Source: a virus. From it: a stretch of DNA of 64,000 bases. Made by a program: the position numbers and the translations under genes. The DNA lies in the IMG/VR virus record IMGVR_UViG_3300028364_001588; one strand, 5' to 3'. Below, one piece after another: positions 39,926-48,963 of this stretch (position 1 is the stretch's first letter; every line of letters starts with the position of its first letter). The notes under the pieces were generated by a model. That model saw only the letters and a program-made list of their open reading frames with translations, searched no databases and was not told where the DNA came from.

Positions 39926-40624
39926 TTATAGTAATTTAGATACTTTTTTAGCAGCTTCATTAATAAAGCTCATAAGTTCTTTTTTGTTTTTGAACCCTTC
40001 TGGAAGTTCGATTCCTTTGGCAATTCTTCCGTATGAATCTTCTTTTTCAGGAGCCTTTTCTTTAGAGACAGCTTTCTTTTGACCTGTTGTGTGTTTTTCT
40101 CCACCTGTAACATCACCACCTGCTTCAACGTAAGTCTTAGCTCCAACATCATCAATATTTTTGTCTTGAGAGTTCATCTCAACTTTATCCTTTCTGTCCT
40201 CATAAGGAGTAGAAGCTTTAGTTGATTGGTTACCTTTTTTGCTTTCAAAGTTACCATTCTTCATCCCTTCGATGTGTGGGTTATCAGAAGTTCCTTTTTT
40301 AGTAGAGTTTGCAGCGTCAACTTTTACAGCTGCAGCAATTTTTTCATCATGACCTTGGTCGTTGTCATTTTTGTTCATCTTAACATCAGTAGGCAATTCT
40401 TCATTGCTCATGTTAGCTTTTTTCTTTTCAAATTGACCAGCTCCAGTAGATTTAGTGTATGCAGAACCGTCAGAGTTATCCACTCTATCCATTTGGTTCA
40501 TATCCACGTCCATAGTGTCTCCAGCGTCAACAATCTTGTCAGCTTCTTCTTTTAAGATTTTAGAAGCCTCTTCTTTAATAAGTGTTTTAAGGTCTTCAGC
40601 GGAAATAGTTATCTTCTTGTTCAT
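39926..40624 (-). CDS. putative head-internal protein
   Basis: ISAEDLKTLIKEEASKILKEE leader; VDMN/VKMN/VEMN repeats; promoter 40641-40647. Confidence 0.55.
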   Translation of the reverse strand: MNKKITISAEDLKTLIKEEASKILKEEADKIVDAGDTMDVDMNQMDRVDNSDGSAYTKSTGAGQFEKKKANMSNEELPTDVKMNKNDNDQGHDEKIAAAVKVDAANSTKKGTSDNPHIEGMKNGNFESKKGNQSTKASTPYEDRKDKVEMNSQDKNIDDVGAKTYVEAGGDVTGGEKHTTGQKKAVSKEKAPEKEDSYGRIAKGIELPEGFKNKKELMSFINEAAKKVSKLL

Positions 40625-40680
40625 GTGATGTAATTTATCTATAAATATTGCAGAAAATAGAAAAATCAGTATATTCTTTA

Positions 40681-40706
40681 AACTTTTTTCCTATATTTGC
40701 GTATAA
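40681..40706 (+). promoter_or_regulatory. ECF-type promoter overlapping a TATATTTG host element
   Basis: AAC-N16-CGTATAA upstream of infC. Confidence 0.55.
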
Positions 40707-40746
40707 GTAAATAGTTATAGAAAACAGTTATACTAAAAATTAAAAA

Positions 40747-41292
40747 TTGAGTAGGAACAATAACAGAGGCAAACGAGAGGTGCCAGGCTCTAAATATATC
40801 ATTAACGATAAAGTAAGAGCAAGAGAGGTGAGAGTTGTAGAAGGCTTAGAAAGTCGTGTATACTCCACAGAAGATGCGCTTAGAGAAGCTGCAGCACTGG
40901 GTTTAGACCTTGTGGTTACAAACATGAACACGAGTCCGCTAATATGCAAAGTAGTTGATTTCAAAAAATTCTTATACGAAGAAAAGAAAAGGAAAAAAGA
41001 ATTAGAATCTAATCAGGTAAAAGTGATTATGAAAGAAGTTCAATTTTCTCCAAATATTGGTGAACATGATTATGAAACCAAAAAAAGAAATGTTGTTAAA
41101 TTCCTTGAGAGAGGAAATAAAGTAAAGTGTACTGTATTCTTTAAGGGTAGAACTATTATGTTTAAAGACAAAGGAGAATTAGTTCTTGCCAAATTAGCTA
41201 CAGAAATAGAAGATACTGGAACCCCAGAGGCAATGCCTAAGTTGATTGGGAAAAGAATGTCTTTTATTATAAAACCTATAAAAAAGAAATAA
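40747..41292 (+). CDS. infC: translation initiation factor IF3 (TTG start)
   Basis: INDKVRAREVRVV, GLDLV, CKVVDFKKFLYE, KEVQFSPNIGEHD, FL..GNKVK..V.FKGR. Confidence 0.92.
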   Translation: MSRNNNRGKREVPGSKYIINDKVRAREVRVVEGLESRVYSTEDALREAAALGLDLVVTNMNTSPLICKVVDFKKFLYEEKKRKKELESNQVKVIMKEVQFSPNIGEHDYETKKRNVVKFLERGNKVKCTVFFKGRTIMFKDKGELVLAKLATEIEDTGTPEAMPKLIGKRMSFIIKPIKKK

Positions 41293-41801
41293 TGGAGGAA
41301 GAGGAAGAGAAGTTTATATTACAACCTGTAATATCTCCATCCGAGAAAGCGTTTAGAGAAAAAGTTGGAGCCGAAACATGGGAGACTATACAAAACAAAA
41401 CACTGAGAGATGGTAACTACAAATGTAAAGGATGTGGTTTTGAACCGTATGATGTAGACCCAAATAGTGTAATGTCTGCTCACCTTGTAGAAGAGGATGA
41501 AAAAGATGCGATAAAATCAAAAACCACTATAGCATGTCAGCTTTGTCACATAATTCAACACGCAGACGTTGCAATTGAAAAGGGTTATGTAGAACTTGTC
41601 AATAGCCATTACACCCAAGGAGAGCTTGTAAATATTTGCAGAAATGGCGATGCTCCTTTTCATATAGAAAAAGGGGAAATTAGACACATAAAAAAAGCTC
41701 TTCCAATTTTCTTAGAAGAGCTTAATTCAGGGAGGTCAAAAGAGGGTAAGGTTAAATTCCTACTAACCACTTCTTACCTTAGTTCTATTGGTATATTTTA
41801 G
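41292..41801 (+). CDS. HNH/treble-clef protein (IcmJ/DotN-like pattern)
   Basis: RD..YKCKGCGF...H...ACQLCH...TQGEL. Confidence 0.5.
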   Translation: MEEEEEKFILQPVISPSEKAFREKVGAETWETIQNKTLRDGNYKCKGCGFEPYDVDPNSVMSAHLVEEDEKDAIKSKTTIACQLCHIIQHADVAIEKGYVELVNSHYTQGELVNICRNGDAPFHIEKGEIRHIKKALPIFLEELNSGRSKEGKVKFLLTTSYLSSIGIF

Positions 41802-42610
41802 CTTTTTGACAAAGTAACTGGAGTCAATTTGTAATATTTACCATCTGATGTTTTAATTACTTTAGCGCCACCTTTTATATTAACATTTTCATAAGTAAGC
41901 TTGTTCTTGCTTTTTTCAGTGTATTCACTCAATACTTCAGAAATGGTTTGTTTCGCAATTTCCTGCATCATTTGTTGCATGTTCTCAAAATTAAATTGAG
42001 ATTGCTGTGGAGTTTGGTTTTGAGCTGTACTATTGACAGCGTATTGTAAATATTCTGAAGATTGTTGCTGCGGCTGAGCTTGTTCTTGCATTCTTTTTTG
42101 CTGCATCATAGCTACTGGGTCAAACACTGGCCCAGCTGCTTGAGTAGGCATTGACAATTCTGGTTGAGTAGTTGCCATGTTAGCGTTTGTTTGTTGAGCT
42201 AACGCTGGTTGTTGGGGTGCTCCATATGAGCCTACATCATTACCTCCACCATACATAGCTTCCATAGCTGTAAACTCATTTGAATTTACCGCTCCTCCTC
42301 CAAAGTTTTGTTGAACTGCCACCGCTTTACTTGGGTCGCTAAGTTTATTTCCAGGGTGATTTGGGTTTTTTTTCATCTTTGGTTCTGGAATTCCCTGAAA
42401 CCCACCTTGGCCTTGTACGCTTGATGACTTGACAAGGTTTTGAACCACTTGTCTGTTAGCTCCACTTTTAAGAGCAGCAAGTCTTGCGTGCTTGTCTTGA
42501 TTTGATGCAGTTACTGGCACTGCTGTAGAAACCCCTTCATTCATTTGAGTGATAGGCATTGGTATTCCCATTTTTTTGGCTCTTGCCATTTTTTGTTCTA
42601 ATGCTGTCAT
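41798..42610 (-). CDS. Gln-rich hypothetical protein, possibly virion-internal
   Basis: Low-complexity Q/P; IAKQTISEVLSE. Confidence 0.55.
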   Translation of the reverse strand: MTALEQKMARAKKMGIPMPITQMNEGVSTAVPVTASNQDKHARLAALKSGANRQVVQNLVKSSSVQGQGGFQGIPEPKMKKNPNHPGNKLSDPSKAVAVQQNFGGGAVNSNEFTAMEAMYGGGNDVGSYGAPQQPALAQQTNANMATTQPELSMPTQAAGPVFDPVAMMQQKRMQEQAQPQQQSSEYLQYAVNSTAQNQTPQQSQFNFENMQQMMQEIAKQTISEVLSEYTEKSKNKLTYENVNIKGGAKVIKTSDGKYYKLTPVTLSKS

Positions 42611-42614
42611 AATA

Positions 42615-43082
42615 TTAATCGCTTATTTCATCTTCGTTTTCGTCTTCATCCTCTTCGTCTTCTGCACTAATCTTTTTAAACTTGATACTCTCCGCTCTCG
42701 TTAAGTCTCTGATATTAGATATTTCGAAGTCGTGAAGAAAATTGAATCTTAAAAATTTAGTAATTTCTTCTGGATTTCTGTCCAAGTCATTAGTGGCCTC
42801 TACATCAACCTCTTCTTTGTTAAATATTCTTAAAAATAATTCATATTCATCCTTGGTCATTTCTGCCTTGATTGTTAGCACACGCTTATCTCTTCCAAAT
42901 TTTCTAAACTTAACGCCTCTACCTATCATTTCAAAGACCATATCTTTAAAGTCTATGTAGCTAACTTGTTCTATTTCTGAATATTTAATCCAATCTCCAT
43001 AAAACTCTTCAAACCTATTCGTAGAATACATATAATGCAAGTCTATCAATATTGGGGTTGTGTTTTTTCTATTTTTTACCAT
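42615..43082 (-). CDS. hypothetical protein
   Basis: 155 aa ORF, acidic tail. Confidence 0.6.
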   Translation of the reverse strand: MVKNRKNTTPILIDLHYMYSTNRFEEFYGDWIKYSEIEQVSYIDFKDMVFEMIGRGVKFRKFGRDKRVLTIKAEMTKDEYELFLRIFNKEEVDVEATNDLDRNPEEITKFLRFNFLHDFEISNIRDLTRAESIKFKKISAEDEEDEDENEDEISD

Positions 43083-43359
43083 AATTTAAAATAACTACTT
43101 CGTTTTCGTTTACATCCCACCAAGCATAAAGCTCTTCGTTTCTTTTGGGGTGTATAAAAAACAGTTTATCAATTTCTTTTTTATACGAGGTCTTTTTGAA
43201 TCTATTCTTCAATTTATCTACTTGAGATTGAATGTATTCGTCATCACTTTTAATATTAAGCAACTCTTTTTTGGATTCTCTTAAATCTTTTGTAAACCAC
43301 TGAAGCATTAGCTTCCTGTGGCGACTTTGATTATCCATTATTTGCTTGATAGTGTGCAT
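43069..43359 (-). CDS. hypothetical protein
   Basis: 96 aa ORF. Confidence 0.55.
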   Translation of the reverse strand: MHTIKQIMDNQSRHRKLMLQWFTKDLRESKKELLNIKSDDEYIQSQVDKLKNRFKKTSYKKEIDKLFFIHPKRNEELYAWWDVNENEVVILNYGKK

Positions 43360-43403
43360 AAGCCTTATTGAAATATAATATATAGCTAATCTAAATTAAA
43401 TAG

Positions 43404-44069
43404 TTACGCTGCAGGAATTTCTTCTGCTCCTCCCATTTCTGGTTCAGCAGGCATCTCTGCTGATGGTTCAGCTTGCATTTCTGGCTCTGCCGTTTCTTGG
43501 CCTGGTTGGATTGTCAACTTCTCTCTCCAATCTTTTTGCCAAGCATCATAATGGTTATAAAGTTTTTCTAACAAACGCTTATTGCCTTGCTCAACAACTA
43601 AGTCTTCTGTAGAAATGGTTAACCCATTTTTAAGAGAATAAGCAAATTTAACATTTCCTTTGTTTCCCATTTCAATTGCGCCTGATGCCCCAGCTTCAAT
43701 ACCTTCTGGTCCAATCCACATTTTAAGAGAATAACCATTTGATTGTGCGTCAAACACAACAGAGGCACCATCAATTTCTTGAAGCATTTCTTCGAACGAG
43801 TCCTCGAACTCAGTTATTTCTATAGAATTTATTTGAGGAATACCGCTTTCATAGTTTTCTCTAATTGTGATTGGCTGTGGAATACCGTTTTTGTCTGGCT
43901 TATTTCCACCATAAAACATGTTGTATTCTATTTCATCCTCAGAAAGACCTTTTGGTTTAAAGATTCTGTTTTTTTGGTCCTCTTTTTCCTTAGAGCTACT
44001 TCTAAGTGTTTCGAAAGCAAGAGCGCTAACTTCTTGCCTTATCATTTCTAATAATTCTTCTTTGTTCAT
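43404..44069 (-). CDS. putative head-internal protein
   Basis: MNKEELLEMIRQEV leader. Confidence 0.55.
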   Translation of the reverse strand: MNKEELLEMIRQEVSALAFETLRSSSKEKEDQKNRIFKPKGLSEDEIEYNMFYGGNKPDKNGIPQPITIRENYESGIPQINSIEITEFEDSFEEMLQEIDGASVVFDAQSNGYSLKMWIGPEGIEAGASGAIEMGNKGNVKFAYSLKNGLTISTEDLVVEQGNKRLLEKLYNHYDAWQKDWREKLTIQPGQETAEPEMQAEPSAEMPAEPEMGGAEEIPAA

Positions 44070-44073
44070 ATCT

Positions 44074-44286
44074 TTAAATTTGACTCATCCACATACCTTT
44101 TTTCTCCCACATCCACTTGTGGTAAGAAAGCATGGTTTTTTTAATAATTTCTTTTACTTCCTTTTCGGTCATAAAGTTTTTAACCTCTTCCTTGGCTATT
44201 TTCTTAACCTCAGCTTTATCTGGAACGCTGGTCATGTGACTCTTTAAAACGCTCTTTACAATATCTCTTACTTCCTTTTCAGTCAT
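44074..44286 (-). CDS. small protein made of repeats of the leader motif
   Basis: TEKEVRDIVK / EVKKIAKEEV / TEKEVKEIIKK. Confidence 0.55.
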   Translation of the reverse strand: MTEKEVRDIVKSVLKSHMTSVPDKAEVKKIAKEEVKNFMTEKEVKEIIKKTMLSYHKWMWEKKGMWMSQI

Positions 44287-44288
44287 TG

Positions 44289-45197
44289 TTATCCGTTTAC
44301 TTTTTCTTTAACTCTATTGAGAACTTCAAACACTCTGTGGTCTGGATACATATCTCGCTTGTCTTTACGAACATTTGTATGTGTCCATATTCCAGGAGTT
44401 TTATCTTTTACAAGAACCTCATTATACTCTGCCCAATCTCTATCAAAATTTATATTCTGAACTGGTATTTTATATTCACCAATAATCCAGACAAGCAACC
44501 TCTCAAGAGATTCCATTTGTTTATCAGAAGCCATGTGGTAGTATTTCTTACCTCTCCATTCTTCATCAAGAGTGTAAACTTCTTCAACAGGAACCTCGGT
44601 TCCATAATAGTTATAGAATTTATCTCCTTTTTTATCAAGCCCTCCCCATGCGCAAATCTCAATACCTATTGAGTGCTTCTCTATTTTTCCCTTAGTTCCT
44701 TTTACTCCAAGGTGATAGCTCCAGTAGTCTGGATTATGAGCTTCAAATATCTTTCCATCTTCAAGACCTCTACCATTCATTACATATGCGGTAGCGACTC
44801 TTGGAGAATTCCCGTCCCAATATTTAATCACCTTTCTTGCATCAGGACCACCAACTGTATAGTGTATAAATATTTTATCCTTATCAAAAACTTGCTTCAT
44901 ATATTGTTCAGAGCCCATGTGGTGTTCTGAGTCAACAATGAGTTCTCCATAATTTTTTGCCACAATAAAACTGCTTCTCTCTTCTTTTGCTGTTCTTTTC
45001 TGAGCAGCCTTCAATGCTGAAAAAGTTTGTTCTCCAGCAATCCCGTCAACTAAGAGTCTATACTTTTTTTGAAAGGCTTTCAATGACCTTACGGTCTTAT
45101 TCCCGAAGTCTCCATCAATAACCAAATCATACCCAAGCATTGAGAGATATTTTTGCAGCTGCGACACTTCTTTTCCTTTATCTCCTAATGTTATCAT
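44289..45197 (-). CDS. endolysin: PG-binding domain + N-acetylmuramoyl-L-alanine amidase
   Basis: LGDKG.EV..LQ..L, DGDFG..T, FQ....L.VDGIAG; IHYT, SIGIEI, HTNVR.DK.D; start MITLG at 45197 after promoter 45210-45217. Confidence 0.85.
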   Translation of the reverse strand: MITLGDKGKEVSQLQKYLSMLGYDLVIDGDFGNKTVRSLKAFQKKYRLLVDGIAGEQTFSALKAAQKRTAKEERSSFIVAKNYGELIVDSEHHMGSEQYMKQVFDKDKIFIHYTVGGPDARKVIKYWDGNSPRVATAYVMNGRGLEDGKIFEAHNPDYWSYHLGVKGTKGKIEKHSIGIEICAWGGLDKKGDKFYNYYGTEVPVEEVYTLDEEWRGKKYYHMASDKQMESLERLLVWIIGEYKIPVQNINFDRDWAEYNEVLVKDKTPGIWTHTNVRKDKRDMYPDHRVFEVLNRVKEKVNG

Positions 45198-45270
45198 AAT
45201 AATTTTCTTATAAATAGGCAATAAAATTCGTTTCTAAACTTAGAAAAATAGGCTATTTATAATAAAAATA

Positions 45271-45297
45271 GAACATTTTTTAATTAATATCGTATAA
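45271..45297 (+). promoter_or_regulatory. ECF-type promoter
   Basis: GAAC-N16-CGTATAA. Confidence 0.6.
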
Positions 45298-45327
45298 GAA
45301 GATAGAACCAATAAAAAAATAGAAATT

Positions 45328-45681
45328 ATGAAAAGTATTGAAAACGATATTCTTGACCAAGTTGAATTAGAAGGATTAACTGCAGAGCAAGTAGACTCAA
45401 TGTCAAATTTTGAAATTAAAGAATTTCAAAGAAGCGAGAGTAATGATAAAATTAATTCACAAAAAAAGAAAGTTGAATTTGCATTAGTTAGCGCTTTGTT
45501 TTTTTTACTATGTGCATCATTCCTTTATGCTAATCCGATTTTAAGTGCTTATATCTCAATCGCCCCTTTAGTTGTATCAATTGCATTCTCTATTAAGGCT
45601 GGAGTTTCTCATGAAAACCTTAAATTAGAAAGAGCGAGCAGAAGCATGCTTGAATCTTTTTACGAAGATAACGAATTATAA
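45328..45681 (+). CDS. two-TM membrane protein
   Basis: Two hydrophobic helices; divergent from the endolysin. Confidence 0.6.
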   Translation: MKSIENDILDQVELEGLTAEQVDSMSNFEIKEFQRSESNDKINSQKKKVEFALVSALFFLLCASFLYANPILSAYISIAPLVVSIAFSIKAGVSHENLKLERASRSMLESFYEDNEL

Positions 45682-45696
45682 TATTTATCCTAAAAA

Positions 45697-45733
45697 CAAA
45701 AAAAGGGTCTCAAATTATTGAGACCCTTTTTTT
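45697..45733. terminator. bidirectional intrinsic terminator
   Basis: AAAAAAAGGGTCTCAA-atta-TTGAGACCCTTTTTTT. Confidence 0.85.
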
Positions 45734-45751
45734 ATAAGTTATTTTTTCTGA

Positions 45752-46207
45752 TTACTCTCCAGCTCCAGTTCCACCGAATGAACCACCTTTGTTAAGCCCA
45801 AGGCCTGCCCAGTTTATATCTCCAGAAGCTCTGTAGTTCATAAGTTGAGTCTCTTTGTCTAAACCTGGCTTACCTTCGAAGTTATCTGCAGCAGCTTGTG
45901 CCATAAGGTCGTCAAGCATCTCTTGATTCATTCCTCTGATTGCTCCTTTTTGCTTCCAAATCTTAGCATATTTAAGGAATTCGCTTCTCATCTTTTCTTC
46001 TTTAGCTTTTGGGCTGGTTCCAAGAAAATCTCCGATTCTTCCTTCTTCCATTCCGCATTCTTCAACATAAGACTCTCCAAGTAAACCTTTAAGTTCTGCT
46101 TGAAGTGATTTTTTTTCATTTTCGAGCAACGCTCTTTTGTTGAGTTTCATTGCTTCTTCTTTGATGATAGCTCTGAACTCCTCAAGGTTTATTTCTTTTT
46201 TTGCCAT
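45752..46207 (-). CDS. putative head-internal protein
   Basis: INLEEFRAIIKEEAMK leader; promoter 46239-46245. Confidence 0.55.
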   Translation of the reverse strand: MAKKEINLEEFRAIIKEEAMKLNKRALLENEKKSLQAELKGLLGESYVEECGMEEGRIGDFLGTSPKAKEEKMRSEFLKYAKIWKQKGAIRGMNQEMLDDLMAQAAADNFEGKPGLDKETQLMNYRASGDINWAGLGLNKGGSFGGTGAGE

Positions 46208-46271
46208 GACAATATTTTGTTAATAACGGTTGTTTACAATAAATATGGTAAAAAAAGAAAAACTGTTGGAC

Positions 46272-48203
46272 TTATTTTAATTTATTAATTAATGATTTCA
46301 GTATACTTTCACCCCCCCTTTGGGCATTATTTACATAATCTTTGTTATCAAGAACTTTACTAACAACTTGAGATTTATTATTAAGTAGTTCATTGATGTC
46401 TTCATCAATGGTGTCTACACATATATAGGTTATTATTTGAATATTATCGTGCTCAGTTGTGGCTCGGTGAATTCGGTCAGATGCCTGTTCCATATCTCCT
46501 GGCGTCCATGCGAAACCTATAAATATAAGCTTTGACGCTTCTGTAAGAGTTATCCCAACTCCAGAGGCTCCAATCATTCCGCAGAATAAATTAACTTTCT
46601 TGTCCTCTTGGAATCTATCGACAGATGACTGCTTTTCTTCCATACCCATGCTTCCAGTGTGAATAACTGCAGAGTGCTTGTATTCTTTATATAGAGTCTC
46701 TGCTAATATTTGATAGTCTGACATCACAACAAGTTTTTCATCATTACTTGTAATGTCAGTTATAACACCGTCTTTAATCATCTTCTGGAGCTTAATCATT
46801 CCAGTAAACTGCTTCAGTTTGTGAATTTTTTCAAGGTAACCTTCTTCTATTTCTTCTTCAGTACCGTCTTGATTTACAACTGTTTTCAATTCTTTTACAA
46901 GTTTGTTATATTCTTTCCTTTCTGTAGGTGTAAGTTCTATTTCAATTTCAGTATAAGTCTTGGGAGGAAGCTGAGATAAAACATCTTTTTTAAGCCTTCT
47001 AAGGAAGTATGGCGAAATTCTGGTAAATAGCTCTTCGAGATTAGAAGCGCCACCGTAGTCCCACCCAAAATTACTTTCAAAGGCAGCGCAATACCTTATT
47101 CCAAAGTCATGAGATGAATTCCACATTTCTGGGTCCATAAAATTAAGACCAGAGAAGAATTCCATTGGCCTCGATTTAATAGCCGTTCCAGATATAAGTA
47201 TTTTCTTTTCAACTGTGTCTCTAAATGCTCTCTTGATGATTTGTGTCCAATCTGTTTTTACAGATTTTATTCTGTGAAACTCATCAATAACAACCATATC
47301 GTAATCATCTGGGTCAAGAATAGAGCCATCTTTATCTTGAATATAGGCAACGCCTTTTATTCTTGTTTTAAATGAATTAGCGTTTTTACAGTCTTCACAT
47401 TTTTTATGCTTCTTTGTTAGGTCGATTATTTCACAACCACATCTTTGAGTGCCTTTCCCAGGAACAATTACATTACCTTGGCATTTGTGACTATATTCAA
47501 GTTTAATATAACTCTGAATTGATTCGTAATTAATAATATGAAACAAACTCTCGTCCTTATTGTAATTGATGTTGCCGCTTCTTTTTGCTGGCTTGTATTT
47601 ATAAACATGAGCCTTCTCGTTACTGAAGTTAAGAACTTCTTTTCTCCAGTTTAGTTTAAGTGAAGCAGGGCATATAACAAGGGTTTTTAATTTATGTTTA
47701 GCCGCATAAGTTATTGGAGGAAGAGTTTTACCAACTCCAGGTTGGTCACCAAGAATTGCTTTTCCATTATTTACTTCAAAAAACTTTACAGCCTGTTTTT
47801 GGTAATCGTATGGAGGAATCTTCATGTGGTCGAAGTCAGAATCTTTAAAAACAAGTGATGTCTCTTTTAATTTAAGTGCATCAGAAATTCTATTCTGTCT
47901 ATCAATATACTCTTTCCTAAGACCATTTAATTCTCCTTCGGTAAGATTTTCAAACGTAAATGGGATTGAGTTATCTACTAAAAAGGAAATGATATTTCCC
48001 ATTTGTACCTCTCTAATAATTCTTACCCACTCGTCTCTGTGGCCACCATTTACATCAAGAACATTATCAACTCTAATGTCTCTGTGCTCTTTTGGAAGCG
48101 TCTTGATGTACGTGGTTAAGATTTTTAAGTAATCATACCTTAACTCGTAATTAGTTCTTAGCTTCCTTATTCTAACTGGGGTTATTTCTTTTTTTTTCGC
48201 CAT
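46272..48203 (-). CDS. SNF2/SMARCAL1-like helicase with Cys-rich insert
   Basis: DQPGVGKT, CPASLKLNW, DEFH, SGT, LRRLK, GVGITL, QASDRIHR. Confidence 0.9.
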   Translation of the reverse strand: MAKKKEITPVRIRKLRTNYELRYDYLKILTTYIKTLPKEHRDIRVDNVLDVNGGHRDEWVRIIREVQMGNIISFLVDNSIPFTFENLTEGELNGLRKEYIDRQNRISDALKLKETSLVFKDSDFDHMKIPPYDYQKQAVKFFEVNNGKAILGDQPGVGKTLPPITYAAKHKLKTLVICPASLKLNWRKEVLNFSNEKAHVYKYKPAKRSGNINYNKDESLFHIINYESIQSYIKLEYSHKCQGNVIVPGKGTQRCGCEIIDLTKKHKKCEDCKNANSFKTRIKGVAYIQDKDGSILDPDDYDMVVIDEFHRIKSVKTDWTQIIKRAFRDTVEKKILISGTAIKSRPMEFFSGLNFMDPEMWNSSHDFGIRYCAAFESNFGWDYGGASNLEELFTRISPYFLRRLKKDVLSQLPPKTYTEIEIELTPTERKEYNKLVKELKTVVNQDGTEEEIEEGYLEKIHKLKQFTGMIKLQKMIKDGVITDITSNDEKLVVMSDYQILAETLYKEYKHSAVIHTGSMGMEEKQSSVDRFQEDKKVNLFCGMIGASGVGITLTEASKLIFIGFAWTPGDMEQASDRIHRATTEHDNIQIITYICVDTIDEDINELLNNKSQVVSKVLDNKDYVNNAQRGGESILKSLINKLK

Positions 48204-48205
48204 TA

Positions 48206-48571
48206 TTAAATGCTTTGCTTTTTCTTTTTCTTTCTTAAGTTTTCTGCCCTCTTAATATAGACTTCTTCTTTTCTTATGCTTTCTTTTTTGTCAACAATGG
48301 CTTTCTCTAATTTTGTTAAAGAAATAATTTCACCTTTGTATTCTCCAATTGATGTTGCCTTTGTGCCTTTTCTTGATTGCACGGTTTCACGAACTATTTC
48401 AGCCAAGAGACGCACGTCCTGCATAGAATGTCTCACATCTACTCCAGCAGTTTTATTTCCCCTAAGATTTTGCTCCACTCTCTTCTTGCTCTTCTCAGCA
48501 ACTTCGATTATCTTGTGTAACAAATCAAGTTCGTTGTAATCTCTCAGCTTTTCTAATTCATTTAGCTCCAT
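48206..48571 (-). CDS. histone H1-like (Hc1-type) DNA-binding protein
   Basis: GNKTAG.DVRHSMQDVR.LA..VR..VQ. Confidence 0.55.
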   Translation of the reverse strand: MELNELEKLRDYNELDLLHKIIEVAEKSKKRVEQNLRGNKTAGVDVRHSMQDVRLLAEIVRETVQSRKGTKATSIGEYKGEIISLTKLEKAIVDKKESIRKEEVYIKRAENLRKKKKKQSI

Positions 48572-48962
48572 CTTCTTTTTTATTAATTTCTTTAACTTTA
48601 TCTTCTAATTTTCCAGTGTCTTTAATACCTTGTTTGGCCAGCTCTTTTTCATGTCTCCTCTTTCTGATTACATCTGAAACAGTTATTTCATTTATCATCG
48701 CTTGATATAGGTCAATTGCAAATCTATCGTCAGTATAAATATCTGTATCAATCTTGTACCAAGACTTCCCTGACATCTTGATTTTCTCACCATCAGTTTC
48801 TCCTTCTTTGAAATCAATCCAAAAAAAACCAACCATGTCTTCTTCATCATTTATTCTCTTGATAACTTCAGCTTCGGGGTTTAATAACCTTAATCCTTTA
48901 GTTTCAATTTCTTTCACGTTATCACTTACGTAATCAAGAATTTCCCTTTTCGTGTAGTACAT
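48558..48962 (-). CDS. hypothetical protein
   Basis: 134 aa ORF. Confidence 0.6.
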   Translation of the reverse strand: MYYTKREILDYVSDNVKEIETKGLRLLNPEAEVIKRINDEEDMVGFFWIDFKEGETDGEKIKMSGKSWYKIDTDIYTDDRFAIDLYQAMINEITVSDVIRKRRHEKELAKQGIKDTGKLEDKVKEINKKEDGAK

Positions 48963-48963
48963 A

